From Catajapyx aquilonaris (taxonomy: Eukaryota), in assembly GCA_000934665.2 (NCBI GenBank), contig KZ538056.1, positions 119,796-139,795 of the forward strand: a stretch of 20,000 nucleotides of DNA. Direction: 5' to 3'. Below the pieces are notes generated by a model. The model was given only the letters and a program-made list of their open reading frames with translations. It made no database searches and was not told where the DNA came from. The translations under genes were made by a program, and so were the position numbers. Positions 19,620 through 20,000 of this stretch are shown one piece after another. Each line of letters opens with the position of its first letter. Position 1 is the first letter of the stretch.

Positions 19620-19789
19620 CCCAGATATGCCGGGAAAAGTTTTGTTGACTTTTTCAACGTTTTTTATTTCTGTTAGTTCCCAAAACACAAATATCGAGAT
19701 GAAACATTTTTCTGGATTCTTGTTTGCGAGAAAATGGCCGTTCCATATAATTATGGGATTCCATGAAAATGTAACCTAGTATGGCTATA
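19620..19789 (+). repeat. Dispersed repeat (CCCAG-start), copy 2
   Basis: Direct-orientation homologue of 14447-14615; similarity stops abruptly at ctata. Confidence 0.8.
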
Positions 19790-20000
19790 GGGCAATTCCA
19801 TGAGAGATCATGCAAAGGACTTCACCCTCTATTTTTTAATGTTAATGAAATTTGGTACGATAATTCTCCAACAGGAATAGAGCACATATCAAATTTTTTT
19901 ACGTAAATACGTTCATTAGGTCGCACGTAATTAAATGGGCAAAAACCCGTAAAAGTTGCAAACACGTGGACAAATGACCCTATATCTCGTTAACTGCGTA
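19790..20000 (+). mobile_element. Probable TA-inserted Tc1/mariner-like element end, truncated by the window
   Basis: Begins TA|GGGCAATTCCA exactly where the 19620 repeat stops matching its sibling. Contains ATGAAATTTGGTAC, a word common in Tc1/mariner-type subterminal regions. Confidence 0.45.

Overview
This is intron-containing animal genomic DNA, most likely from an invertebrate (the SINE resembles arthropod families). It holds three tightly packed protein-coding genes, all modelled by hand from GT-AG sites and exon phase. (1) The 3' part of a CDR2/CDR2L/centrocortin-like coiled-coil gene on + (exons <1-368 and 1687-2100, plus a candidate alternative hydrophobic last exon at 1155-1319). 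(2) A complete POLDIP3/SKAR gene on - (coding exons 11419-11367, 7707-7090, 6657-6510, 3748-3477, 3164-2966; about 429 aa), tail-to-tail with gene 1. (3) An unnamed + strand gene head-to-head with POLDIP3 across a GC/CpG-rich promoter (exons 12199-12228, 15736-16140, 17723-18634, 18982-19064, 19124-19304, continuing past the window). Its product appears to fuse a lipocalin/FABP-like beta-barrel to a BTB/POZ domain and a helical region with a polyQ tract. The introns carry two tRNA-derived SINEs and several MITEs (hAT, Tc1/mariner, pogo, Sola-like, Kolobok-like), some nested. The most interesting candidates are the lipocalin-like + BTB protein, the alternative membrane-type C-terminus of the CDR2-like gene, and a probable 3'UTR antisense overlap. 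No database searches were run.
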